DNA of 63,984 bases, counting the filler, from Octopus bimaculoides (Eukaryota), in assembly GCF_001194135.2 (NCBI RefSeq). It is 6 parts of 5 records of this genome, joined end to end, with 100 filler letters (N's around TTAATTAATTAA, not from the genome) between each part and the next. Parts side by side here need not be neighbours in the genome. Positions count along the whole stretch, not along the records: positions 10,667 to 40,513 come from NC_068983.1; 5 more parts are not named here. The stretch is one strand, 5' to 3'. Below the pieces are notes generated by a model. The model had not been told where the DNA came from, made no database searches, and saw nothing but the letters and a program-made list of their open reading frames with translations. Both the position numbers and the translations under genes were made by a program. Below are positions 24,892 to 36,466 of the stretch, in pieces. Each line of letters starts with the position of its first letter. Within the stretch, counting starts at the first letter, position 1.

Positions 24892-25558
24892 GGATCTATT
24901 TCAAAACGGGGGCACCAGTTTTCATTTATGTTTTATGTAGTGTTTTTGGTACGGAAAGACTTTCAAACTTCGTATACTTATCTATTTTGTGTTATAGAAC
25001 AGNNNNNNNNNNNNNNNNNNNNNNNNNNNNNNNNNNNNNNNNNNNNNNNNNNNNNNNNNNNNNNNNNNNNNNNNNNNNNNNNNNNNNNNNNNNNNNNNNN
25101 NNNNNNNNNNNNNNNNNNNNNNNNNNNNNNNNNNNNNNNNNNNNNNNNNNNNNNNNNNNNNNNNNNNNNNNNNNNNNNNNNNNCTAACCCTAACCCTAAA
25201 ACTAACCCTAACTCTAGAATCCAAACTCTAAAATTGTTACACACATAGATACGCACAGTGTAATTTATTATATAAACAATATATGCGTATAAATTACGAT
25301 TAAACCGGATGAAATATGTCACAGGGAATAACATTTTTATGACTGCCCAGCAGTAACTCTATTCAGCTGAATAGACGTCAGTGATTGGTTGAAATTACAG
25401 AAATACGACAACTTTAACATGGAATAACTTGCGATGTACGTTTTTTTGTTAAGAAGACTAAGAGTAAAAGATGTTTTATATGACACATTCTACCAGTGTC
25501 CCAAGTTTCAAAGTGTTTCGTTAAGAAAATACTGGTGCCCCCGTTTTGAAATAGATCC
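24892..25558. mobile_element. GGATC-TIR non-autonomous DNA transposon (Merlin-like), variant subfamily with TAACCC repeats
   Basis: TIRs GGATCTATTTCAAAACGGGGGCACCAG at both ends and a perfect 8-bp TSD CCATAAAA (24884-24891 / 25559-25566). Confidence 0.85.
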
Positions 25559-26794
25559 CCATAAAATTACGATACATTAGTGTATGTCATGCAACAAGTT
25601 TTAATGCATGTGAAAATGAAGTGAGTAGTTAAAATTTACCAGAAAAGTAAAGACAAATGAAAATATTTTTGCTTCAATAGAATTACATATATTTAATAGT
25701 AAGCATCTGTGAACACTTTGTAGAAAATTCCTGTCGACAGAATGTTTTTTATTAGCTGGCGACGTAAAGGCATGCAGATTATAACTTATTCATACTTCAC
25801 GATTGGCTTCTGAAATTGAATATGGACCTTCAAAATTGATCTTTCCTACTTGGTTAAAATTAGATTTTCATATCTAAATAAATTAGGAGACCTCCACCTC
25901 TTGAACATTCGTGGTATCAGAAACCTTACCCCTAAATCCTGACGGTATTAGCAGCTAGATCGTCTTCTTGTGTTTGGAAGAATGTCGTTTGTGGTATCTG
26001 TTACTGCAATGTTTCAGTATCTGAATACGTTCTTTTACCACGCGTAACCGACGAACTGTTGCCACTGTGCCAACTCAATGAGTGATAATTTTAATCACGA
26101 AACCTACAAAATTAGGTCAGAGCGGATGAAATATGGCAATAAAACACATGACAATAGATTTGAACGGAATACGACGAGCAAGTAAAGTGCTAACAATAAA
26201 ATACGTTAAACGAAATAACAATTAAGGAGCTAATAAAAGGAAATAAAATTATATGAAAATAAAAAATTTTCTTTTTTTTTACTCTAGGAACAAGACCCGA
26301 AATTTTGGGGAGAAGACCAGTCGATTAGATCGACCCCAGGACACAATTGACACTTAATCTATCGACCTCGAAAGGATGAAAGGCAAAGTTGACCTCGGAA
26401 GGATGACAGGCAAAGTCGACCTCAGCGGAATTTGAACTCAGAACACGAAGATAGACGAAATACTGCTAAATATTTCGCTCGGGGTGCTAACGTGTCTGCC
26501 AGTTCACCGCCTTACCGATAAAATATATTAAAAGATAGGAAACTGCCAATGTTAGGCAAAATACTTTTTAACGCTAAATTTTAAAAGATTTATATCATAT
26601 GCTATAGAGAATCAATGGGAAAATAGTTTATCCCGTGAAACTTGAAGTGTGTCCGTGCGAGGCTATAGCAGAAGACACTTGCCCAAGTTCCACGCAGTAG
26701 GACTGTATCCGGAACCATGTGGCTGGGAAGCAAGCTTCTTTATTTCATTACATTTGCCATAAAGGAATAATACAGACGGAAGCTTGCGAGTTGG

Positions 26795-27347
26795 GGATCT
26801 TTTTTAAAACGGGGGCCACATTTTTCATTAACGAAACACTTTGAAACTTGGAACACTGGTAGAATGTATCATATAAAACATCTTTTTCTCTTAGTCTTCT
26901 TTAAAAAAAAGAAATCCCTAAGATATTCCATGTTAAAATTGTCGTATTTCTGTAATTTCAACCAATCACTGACGTCCATTCAGCCGATATACATTAAGTG
27001 CCGACTACATAAACAAACGATTCTGAAACAATTAACCCTAACCCTAACCCTAGGGTTAGGGCTAGGGTTAAAGCAAATTTAAAATGAAAAAAGCAAATAA
27101 AACGNNNNNNNNNNNNNNNNNNNNNNNNNNNNNNNNNNNNNNNNNNNNNNNNNNNNNNNNNNNNNNNNNNNNNNNNNNNNNNNNNNNNNNNNNNNNNNNN
27201 NNNNNNNNNNNNNNNNNNNNNNNNNNNNNNNNNNNNNNNNNNNNNNNNNNNNNNNNGATAAGTATAGGAAGTTTGAAAGTCTTTCCGTACCAAAAACACT
27301 ACGTAAAACATTAATGAAAAATGTGGCCCCCGTTTTAAAATAGATCC
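26795..27347. mobile_element. GGATC-TIR element (Merlin-like) with (TAACCC)n-(TTAGGG)n core
   Basis: 37-bp TIRs and TSD CGAGTTGG / CGGGTTGG (7 of 8 identical). The telomeric palindrome is at ~27033-27070. Confidence 0.85.
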
Positions 27348-27472
27348 CGGGTTGGACACAGACACAATGATAATGGAATGAAAAAAGAGATGGCTGGTGG
27401 GGGAAGCAGACAACGCCCACCGATTGCTACCTCCCGAAAACATTGTTCTTTTTTTAATAAAAAAACACAAAC

Positions 27473-27636
27473 GAGGTATTGAACCTCTTACAACAGTTAC
27501 AAATTGAGGCACTGAGCCTCTTACCAATCAAATCTCACAAAATTTCAGCAAATATATTCAATCGTTCTTTCAAATTGAGGCGCTAAGCCTCTTACCAAAA
27601 TCACCGAGTTCAAATTGAGGCACTAAGACCTCTTAC
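27473..27636. repeat. Four short hairpin repeats (CAAATT-GAGGC-N5-GCCTC-TTAC) with irregular spacers
   Basis: Copies at 27473-27492 (GAGGT attga ACCTC), 27500-27526, 27571-27597 and 27611-27636. Confidence 0.8.
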
Positions 27637-27649
27637 TCTACCTCCCCGC

Positions 27650-29789
27650 GTCTGGGTGCCAAATCTTGCGAATAATTTGTGCAAAAAATTTATTACAGTT
27701 GAGGAGGTTGATCTTTTGCACTTAACAATTTGAGGCCATTTTGTAAAACTGTCAACTACTACTAAGTAGTAATAACCATTTAACGGACCCGCGAAATCGA
27801 TGTGTAATCTCGACCATGCGATTTTTACTTCTGGTCAATGCTCCCATTTTTTAGTAGGCAATTTCGCTGCCAGAGAACATCCTCTGAAGCCTTTTACCAA
27901 GTTTTCAATTTCCTTGTCCATCTTCGACCAATATACATAACTGAGCATTAGTGCTTTTATCCTTGAGATCCCCGGATGACCAATGTGAAATTCTTTCAAC
28001 ATTCTTTTTTGAAGTGTGTCCCGTATCACTATCCTTTCGCCATTCATCAGCAAACCGTCATATGTTGAATATGTTTACGTTTTAGTGTTTTTTTGTACTG
28101 AACTTTTTTTTTTTGTTTCCTTTTGTTGAACACAGTGTTCTTTGGTTTTTGTTTGTTTCATTTATGAACTTATTTTTTAACGCATTCCGCTTTATATCTT
28201 CCAGGCCTATCGGTAACTCTCGTACAATGTTCTACATTATGTTCTTAATTTCACCTTCGGCTCTTAGAGCTGCTATTACTGTATCCTTGAATGGTTCGCC
28301 ATTTTTGGATATTAACTTGCACATGCTGTCGGCATGTCCTAACTTTTTCCGAAGGTGAATATTCCATTGCGTAGTCATAGTTTAGTCGTATGTCGCCCCA
28401 TCTTTATAATTTGTTTACTGTATGTATTAGAATTCCTGTTTTAGATCCATAAATTGTCAGCAACGGGTGATGGTCAGTTTGTAACCGTAAACGTCTCCCA
28501 TGTATAATCCCATGGAACTTCTTGATGCCAATATAATTGCCAATTCTTCTTTCTCAATCTGGCTATAATTTTTTTCCGCTGGCAATAGTATCCTTGACGT
28601 ATGAGCTACGGCCTTTCTACTGCCATCGTCACATTTATGTAGGAGTACTGCTCCTACCCCGTACTCACTAACATCTATGGCCAGTATCGTTTCCAACTTT
28701 GGATCGAAGTGTATTAGAGACAAGTCTGAAATTGAAATACTTTTTAACTCGTCAAATGCCTTCTGGCATTTTTCTGACCAAAACCATTTGGTATCCTTAC
28801 GTTGTGTTCGACTAAACAGTCATTTAATCCTGTCGAGAAATCTGTACACACTTTTAGTTTATTCTTTATTTTTTTTTTATTTTTTTTTTCACATAAACCG
28901 TCGGTGCTGCCCAGTCTGGGTGGTCGATTTTCTCAATTATAGCTAGACATTCCAGTCTTAACATTCTTTTTCGAAAATTTGTTCAAATCTTCGGTAATAT
29001 TCCTCGAAGATGACTCCTTCTTCCGGGTTATATCTAAATTCATTCATTGAATTCGCTACATGGTCTGGCGAAAACGTATTTTCAGGTTTTGTTACCAACT
29101 TCATTTGTTGTAGCATTTGTTGCTGTAATATTTGTTGTGGATCTTTTTTAAAACGGGGGCCACATTTTTCATTAACGAAACACTTTGAAACTTGGAACAC
29201 TGGTAGAATGTGTCATATAAAACATCTTTTTCTCTTAGTCTTCTTTAAAAAAAAAGAAATCCATAAATTATTCCATGTTAAAGTTGTCGTATTTCTGTAA
29301 TTTCAACCAATCACTGACGTCCATTCAGCCGATATACATTAAGTGCCGACTACATAAACAAACGATTCTGAAACAATTAACCCTAACCCTAACCCTAACT
29401 CTAACTCTAACCCTAACCCTAACCCTAACCCTAGGGTTAGGGTTAGGGTTAGGGTTAGAGTTAGGGTTAGNNNNNNNNNNAGAATCGTTTGTTTATGTAG
29501 TCGGCACTTAATGTATATCGGCTGAATGGACGTCAGTGATTGGTTGAAATTATCGAAATAAGACAATTTTTTACATGAAATAAATTCGAATCCAAAAATA
29601 TTTTTCTGTTCTATAACACAAAATAGATAAGTATACGAAGTTTGAAAGTCTTTCGCTACCAAAAACACTACGTAAAACATTAATGAAAAATGTGGCCCCC
29701 GTTTTAAAAAAGATCCTTTGTTGTTGTTCTTTGAGTTGTTGTTGTTGATGTTTTTGCAACTCAACTGAATCTACCAACAAGTTTTCCAT
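27650..29789 (-). mobile_element. Decayed Gypsy/Ty3 LTR retrotransposon (gag, RNase H, integrase), internally deleted and split by a MITE
   Basis: Gag: MENLLVDSVELQKHQQQQ...FRYNPEEGVIFEEYYRRFEQIF. RNase H: HFDPKLETILAIDVSEYGVGAVL...EKNYSQIEKEELAII. Integrase Zn finger: EFHIGHPGISRIKALMLSYVYW. Integrase core: WSRLHIDFAGPLNGYYYLVVVDSFTKWP. The RT-RH-IN order is Gypsy-type. No LTR was delimited. Confidence 0.9.
29139..29716. mobile_element. GGATC-TIR element (Merlin-like) inserted in Gypsy gag
   Basis: Perfect 37-bp TIRs (29139-29175 / 29680-29716) and TSD TTTGTTGT on both sides. A 71-bp internal inverted repeat (29299-29369 / 29481-29551) encloses (TAACCC)n-(TTAGGG)n. Confidence 0.92.
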
Positions 29790-29995
29790 GATTTTACGGA
29801 TTTTTCGTAAAATGTGTACAACAAAATGTTTGTTACTCCTCTGTCGAGTTGTTACTTTCACCACGGGAATTTTTTTTTTAATTTCTCCACGTGAAAAATA
29901 TCTTTTTTAATCCAACTTTACGATGAAAGTAAACAAACAAAGTTTGTTCTTTTTTTGGAAGCGTTGAGATGTATTATAAGATACAGAAATAAATT

Positions 29996-30257
29996 TATTT
30001 CTCAAACGCGTGATAATGCTATAAATAGCGTGATCAAATTATCCATACATTGCAGAAAAATACGTTACTGGCCAGCCATGAGACTCGAACTCACATCTCT
30101 GTGATTACGCGTCAAGTGTTTTTAGTTCAATGGTAAAACACTTGACGCGTAATCACAGAAATGTGAGTTCGAGTCTCATGGCTGGCCAGTAACGTATTTT
30201 TCTGCAATGTATGGATAATTTATCCTGATCACGCTATTATCACGCGTTTGAGAAATA
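29996..30257. repeat. 262-bp fold-back (two ~125-bp arms, 12-nt loop)
   Basis: 29996-30122 is the reverse complement of 30135-30257, apart from 1 mismatch and small indels near the outer ends. The loop is TAGTTCAATGGT. Confidence 0.95.
30123..30188 (+). tRNA. 5'-truncated tRNA-like pseudogene (anticodon CGT, Thr-like)
   Basis: A box TAGTTCAATGG; anticodon stem CTTGA/TCA(c)AG with loop CGCGTAA (G33 instead of U); T-arm GTGAG-TTCGAGT-CTCAT; 3' end GGCTGGCCA; T5 at 30197-30201. The 5' acceptor strand is missing. Confidence 0.6.
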
Positions 30258-30640
30258 TCTTTTTTAATGTCGTCTGCGTGAATTGTTTAAATCCTCGTCG
30301 TTATTGTTATGATGTGGCGTTTTCCACAGTTATAATGTATGGCCATTGTTGTGACTGTAGCTGTTGTATCTACTCTAGTAGCCACGATATTTTCTTAGTA
30401 TCTCTTCTATACCGGAATGGTAATACACCGCTTTGCCCATCGTGCTATCATTGATAGCTCTGCAAGTCATCGAATTTGAACAGCCTACCTCGGCTATAAC
30501 ACGTAAGTGACACTTAACTCCAAATGAGAACTCGTACGACTGACACACGACTCTCCGTACTGGTAGACGAAGTCTCGCTTTATAATGGCTCCTTCCTACC
30601 ACTTGTCCCGTGGGAATGGTGTATCATTTCCACTACAGCA

Positions 30641-30702
<62 letters not shown>

Positions 30703-30705
30703 CAT

Positions 30706-30741
<36 letters not shown>

Positions 30742-30856
30742 GACATACAAAGAAAACAGGAAAATGTAACATAGCATATGTATGCGTGTGTGAGTGTCTG
30801 TGTGTGTGTGTGTGCGTGCGCGTGAGTATATGTGTATGCGTATGTGTGTGCGCGTA

Positions 30857-30887
<31 letters not shown>

Positions 30888-31135
30888 CGAGACGAGAAAA
30901 AGAGACAAGATCGATCATAATACTTTTTGCACCATGTTTGAAAACTTAATCTATTTTATTTAAGCCGCTGACGTCCTTGAGAAAACCGAGAAGTCACGCG
31001 ATCTTAGAGAATTGAAGCCTAGTAACAAATTAATACATGTGCGGAAAGACATCTAACATAACAAAAGCAGAGATAGGGAGATAGATAGAGACAGATAAAT
31101 CAAAAGATAGACAGGGGAGAAGGGAAGAGGGGAGA

Positions 31136-31156
31136 GGGAAGAAGAGAAATCGAAAC

Positions 31157-31236
<80 letters not shown>

Positions 31237-31290
31237 AAGATAGATAGATAGATGGATAGATAGATAGATAGATAGATGGATGGATAGATA
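31136..31290. repeat. (GATA)n microsatellite
   Basis: Direct reading. Also at 30642-30703 and 56527-56620 (GACA/GATA). Confidence 0.97.
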
Positions 31291-32268
31291 GTGAAAGAAA
31301 GAAGGAAAATATATAACATTAGTTCCGTTTTGAATATGAACAAAGGTTCTACATTTTAAGAGAATAAGAAATAGGGGTTGTGACTTTTCATGCCATTGTA
31401 AAGGACATTAATAGCGTAAGCGAACCGAAAATACCGCATCGAAACCATTTTGTGGTTTCGTCTTATCTTGCCTGTAACTTATCACTCGATCTGCAGTGCT
31501 CCTCTCGTTCCTCCCCTCACTGCTTCTTTCTGTCTCTTTTCCCCTACTCTCATTCTTTCTCCCTCTCACTTTCTCTTTCTGTCTGTCTCTCCACCCTTTC
31601 TCTCTGTTACGCACAAAGGAATAAAGAGAGAGAGAAAGAGACAGATAGACTGAGATTCTTAGCGACTGTCGTATTAGATTCCATTTTAAAAGTACTGTGT
31701 CTGCAGCAGAGAGATATATTGTCTGCGAGTGGAATAATTCATCTGAAAATATAGTTTCAGAACCGAGACATCTACATATTAACCAATCGAAGCACTTTGT
31801 TGGCTGCTTGAAACGATGTGAAATACAAATGGCATCAGCTCAGTAAACAGTCACTTCAGAATTGCATTTGCGGTCAACCGAGCTATAATACGACGACTTT
31901 CATAATTATGTGATTGGGTATTTCGGAGGTTAACCCTCCCATTTATATTAGTGGATAACTGGATGGCTGGATGGCTGGATGGAGGGATGATTATCGTACT
32001 GTTATTGTAGGGGAAAAAAATCACTATTACCTCTTAAATTAGCAAATTTGCTAAACAAGAGGTCCGAGTGCGTCTCAAAATGTCGGAGTGAAAATAAAAA
32101 CATGTACCTCATCCATCATATAACATAGTGCCCAGCTGATACCCTACCAAGTCACGAACCAAATGCTAACTAGATACACGAAACGTATTTTCTCATTTTG
32201 AGTAGGTTACTACTTTGAACAGGATACATTCTTACATACAATGTAACAGGCATACAACCATTCATATA

Positions 32269-32307
<39 letters not shown>

Positions 32308-32918
32308 ATAAAAATGTATATACGCATATATATATATCATACATACATTCATACACGCACACATATGCATGTATGTGTGTGTATATATATATATAAGATA
32401 CGAGGAGTTTTTCGTCAGGGTGGCTCAAACTAATAGGTATGCGATCTGAGTGCTGAAATAGGTATGCCACTAAAATTCCGGTTTGAACTGCCTTATCCCA
32501 AGCGGCTAGAAGTGACTTCCCCTAGGAAGAAAGACAAACAATTTGGTAAGACTTGGCAAGGCGTCTCGAATGACGAAATACTGAGCATATGGAATCTTCG
32601 CGTGATACGATGTTCCAATAGCTGGGATATCCTAGAAACAGCTGTCAGACGCCGAGCAGCTGGATAGTATGTCCAGGCCTTAAGGCAGCACTGCACACGT
32701 TATAGACTAAACAACAACTATATCACCATCAGCATCATCATCAACAACATACAAACACACATACACACACGCACGCACACACACACACACACACACACAC
32801 AAAGTATATTACATATGCTAAGTCAGTGTGTTATGTGCAAAGATGAATTCTGCTGACATTGCAGAAAGTCGCTAGAATGACCCCCTTCTCCCTCTCTCTC
32901 ACTCTTTCTCTCTCCTTC

Positions 32919-32966
<48 letters not shown>

Positions 32967-34299
32967 CTCTCCCGCTTTCTCTCTCTTTATTTCTTTCTCT
33001 TACATTGGTTTCAAATTTTGGCACAAAGCCAGCAATTTTAGGTGGGGAATCAGCCGATTACATCGACTCCAGTGTTCAACTCGTATAAGTTCCACCGACC
33101 TCGAAATGATTAAAGGCAAAGTCAACTACGGCACAGTTTGAACTCAGGATGTAAAGATCCGATCCGGAAGAAATGCCGCTAAAGATTCTCCCAGCTCCCC
33201 GCCCCCTTTCTCTTATGTTGGTTTCAATATGTGGCACAATGCCAGCATGTTCGGGGGAAGGGCGGAAGTTGATTACATCGACCCCAAGGCTCAACTGGTA
33301 CTTATTTTATCGACCCCGAAAGGATGAAAGGCAAAGGCGACCTCGACGGAATTTAAACTTAGAACGTTAAAGCGAACTAAATGCCGCTAAGCATTTTGTT
33401 CGACATACTAACGATTCTGGCAGCTCAACGCGTTTTCTTTCTCTTATATTACCAGGTTTGTTTATTAGTTTTTACCGATGCAGACGACCGTCATCATTTT
33501 TCCTTGAACTTCAGGTTTCATTTGGAATGAACGTCGTATCTGATCAAGCTCGCGTATAACATCCACTGTTATTGATTATTCCATGTCTCAGTTGTATTCT
33601 ATAATCAAATAAACATATGCGCGAGTTACCTTAATCATTCGCAGCCCTTTGCAAATGCTAACAGAATAGATCCTGAATGTTTACTCAGTGGATTAATTCA
33701 ATAATTGTTCATTTAGACTAGAGATTAGCCTCTTCCAATTTGCTGAGCTAATTAGAAAGAAATATTTACAACATATTGAATCATTTACTAATGAATCATA
33801 AATTCACATAGCTGCATCTTATCGTAGATTGGCCGAAATAATTTGCATCTACAACCAAAGAGTTTTCTTTTTCTTTCATTCTTTCTTTTTTTCTCTCTTT
33901 CTTTCTCTCAATATAATTTTGTGTAGTCGGCATAATGGGGCGTCCGGTTTAACACCATCATAAGGTCCTTGAGTAGCTTTAGCGATGTCTACTTTGTTGC
34001 AAGTCATTGAACTGTGTCACAACTCAAAAGTGATGGAACCCTACATAAATAGTATAACTTCTACAGAGCCAGATTTATTAAGAGCTTGCCCTCCTGTATC
34101 TTTCCCCAGTGGGCCCTCACTCTTGAGAACCTGTTATTAGAAACCATCTTATACTCTTGAAGCCCTACTCTTTTCAGTGGAAAACAGTATAACTTTTACA
34201 GAGCCAGATTTACTGAGGGCTTCCCCTCCTATATTTTTCCCTAGTGATCCCTCATTCTTGAGAAGTTCGACGAAAACAATGTCATATAACATTAATCAG

Positions 34300-35130
34300 G
34301 CATTTTACTGGCTTAACAGTCTGCTTATGGATCCCATTTGTTTCTAGTCTTTTGCGTTAGAAGCTTCCTGCCTGATCAGACCATACAAGGACAGGGATGT
34401 CTCTGATCTATATTTCATCAACTCCAGTATGTCCAAGCGTTAGTTATGTCGCCCACACTTTCCATCGTTTGAATTAACGACGTACTGGCTATAACCTCTA
34501 ACAGCGCCCTCTCTTATGCAGATGATAAACTTTCTGCTCCTTCTTAACATTTCATACATAAATGTCACAGCACATCAAATTCTACATCACTGCCTCCATG
34601 AATAGGGAAATTTAAAATATTTTCTCGATCTCATCTAGTGAAATCTGTGCCACAAATACTAGCCTTCGTCTTTAGATACCAGAAAATACTTCAGCTCCAA
34701 ATAGCTATTGACACTCTATAAAGAATATTGCTCTTGAATTTGAAACATTGCTGCTGCTCAACATAAAAACATTCAAGACAGCATGTAAAAGAAAGTTATC
34801 TGATTGATCGCTAAAGATTAATTCAACAACACTTTCCAGCCTCTAAGCCACTGACGCATTCACCTGTACCGTTACAATAACGGTCTCTATTCGCTCATCC
34901 TTTGTCTTCTTCACAAGTGCCTTATCAACATCTATTCCATGTTCTTACACCCTAAGACTTCAACTTTCAATCTTTTGGAATTCCTTTACTGCCACGCCAA
35001 AACTCACCTCGATGTCAAATTACAGCCGTTCAAACCGTATGTCAAGCTTATCAAAATGACTAAGGTCGAGTAGCTTGTGAAGATCGTAGTCATAGTCCTT
35101 GTACTCTCGGCAGAAATCATTAAAAAAAGA
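34300..35130 (-). mobile_element. Heavily decayed RTE-like LINE RT C-terminal fragment
   Basis: Minus-strand remnants resemble WK..LE.KGL.VN..KT, LE.V..F.YLGD, KGRLY..CV...ML.GSE.W and LGH...M...R...LYG. Many stops are present. Confidence 0.5.
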
Positions 35131-35559
35131 CGAGGCAACCATTCCACCTTCAACAAAAATACTTTCCATTATCAGAAATGCAGAGGGCTCCAGTTGATCC
35201 GATCAACGCTCCACAGACACATGTATCCTTGACGTAGTTCTCGGGGATATTCAGCGTGACACAGTGTGACAAGGCTGACCCTTTGAATTACAAGGACAAC
35301 AGAAACAGGAAGTAAGAGTGAGAGAAAGTTGTGGTGGAAGAGTACAGCAGGGTTCGCCACCATCCCCTGCCGGAGCCTCGTGGAGCTTTAGGTGTCTTCG
35401 CTCAATAAACACTCACAACGCCCGGTCTGAGAATCGAAACCGCTATCCTATGACCGCGAGTTCGCTGCCCTAACCACTGGGCCATTGCGCCTCCACATTC
35501 CAGCTATAATTACATCAATTTTCCAATTTCAGACATAGCGTACGAAGGACTACGCTATC

Positions 35560-35835
35560 CAGATTTCTTTACCTTTTCTGAGGCACAAGTCTGGGCAAGA
35601 AAGTTCATGGAAGACCAGCTGTCACCCATGCGTACCAGCCTCTTCTCTCTACCCCACCGATGTTGTCGAAGGGGAAGGCAAAGGCCCATACAGCTTGGCA
35701 TTAGTGACGTCGCAACTCACTTCTACAGATGAATAAAATGGGGCAATGTGAAATAAAGTGTCTTGTTCAAAAACACAACACACAGACCGGTCCGGGAATC
35801 GAACTCACTACCTCGTGATTGTGAGCCCGACGCCC
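35560..35835 (-). mobile_element. tRNA-derived SINE family E (body also at 37615-37860 on +)
   Basis: B-box-like GAGTTCGATTCCCGGACC followed by TTGAACAAGACACTTTATTTCACATTGC. The body matches 37615-37860 in opposite orientation. Confidence 0.7.
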
Positions 35836-36466
35836 TAGCCAACTACTGAAGGCGCATTGAGAGATACTTAACTGATATTTTTAACATACCAATTGTCCAC
35901 ATGAGAACATCCTCTTTGGACCATTATTATGTTCGGATTGGAGCGTGTAACTTTTATGCAACATCAATATATCTTACCCGTTTCTGCGCTTTCTTCAACC
36001 CCGGCGCTACTGCCAGCTGGCAGTTTGGTTGTCTCTTGTAGTCCAAGAAAGATAGTGTTCTGCAATGTTTTGCTGAACAACTTCACAGATTATTTGTTTA
36101 TAGTGATCAAATGCTTGTGCTGCACATAAGCTCACCCCCACCAACCAAATCTACACTGCCTGCACAGGTGCACAGTGTGTCACACGTCAGATGTCAAAGT
36201 GATCGCAGGACAATGAAGTGTCTTGCTCAAGACCACAACGCGTCACTCGGTCTGGGAATCGAAACTACAATCTTACGATCCAGAGTGCAACACACTGATC
36301 ACTAGGCTACAAGCACACAAACCACCAGACAGTACGGTGCGTCATTTGGGAGACATTTGACTGCTATTTCTAGCATGACGGTCGACCGCATAAACGTATC
36401 ATCTTTGGACCATTACGTTCGGTTTGAAACAAGTAGTTTTAGTACCTCATCAATATATCTTTCCTA

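Noticed and set aside
27473-27636. CRISPR array
   Set aside because: Eukaryotic context, only four degenerate repeats, very unequal spacers and no cas genes. Kept only as a hairpin array.
28030-28056. Minus-strand CTGATGA-ATGGC-GAAA
   Set aside because: It lies in the Gypsy coding frame (LMNGERI) and cannot form stem II, so it is coincidental.
32464-32700. 67-aa ORF as a gene or LINE fragment
   Set aside because: Only a faint resemblance to an RTE RT C-terminus, not enough to call.
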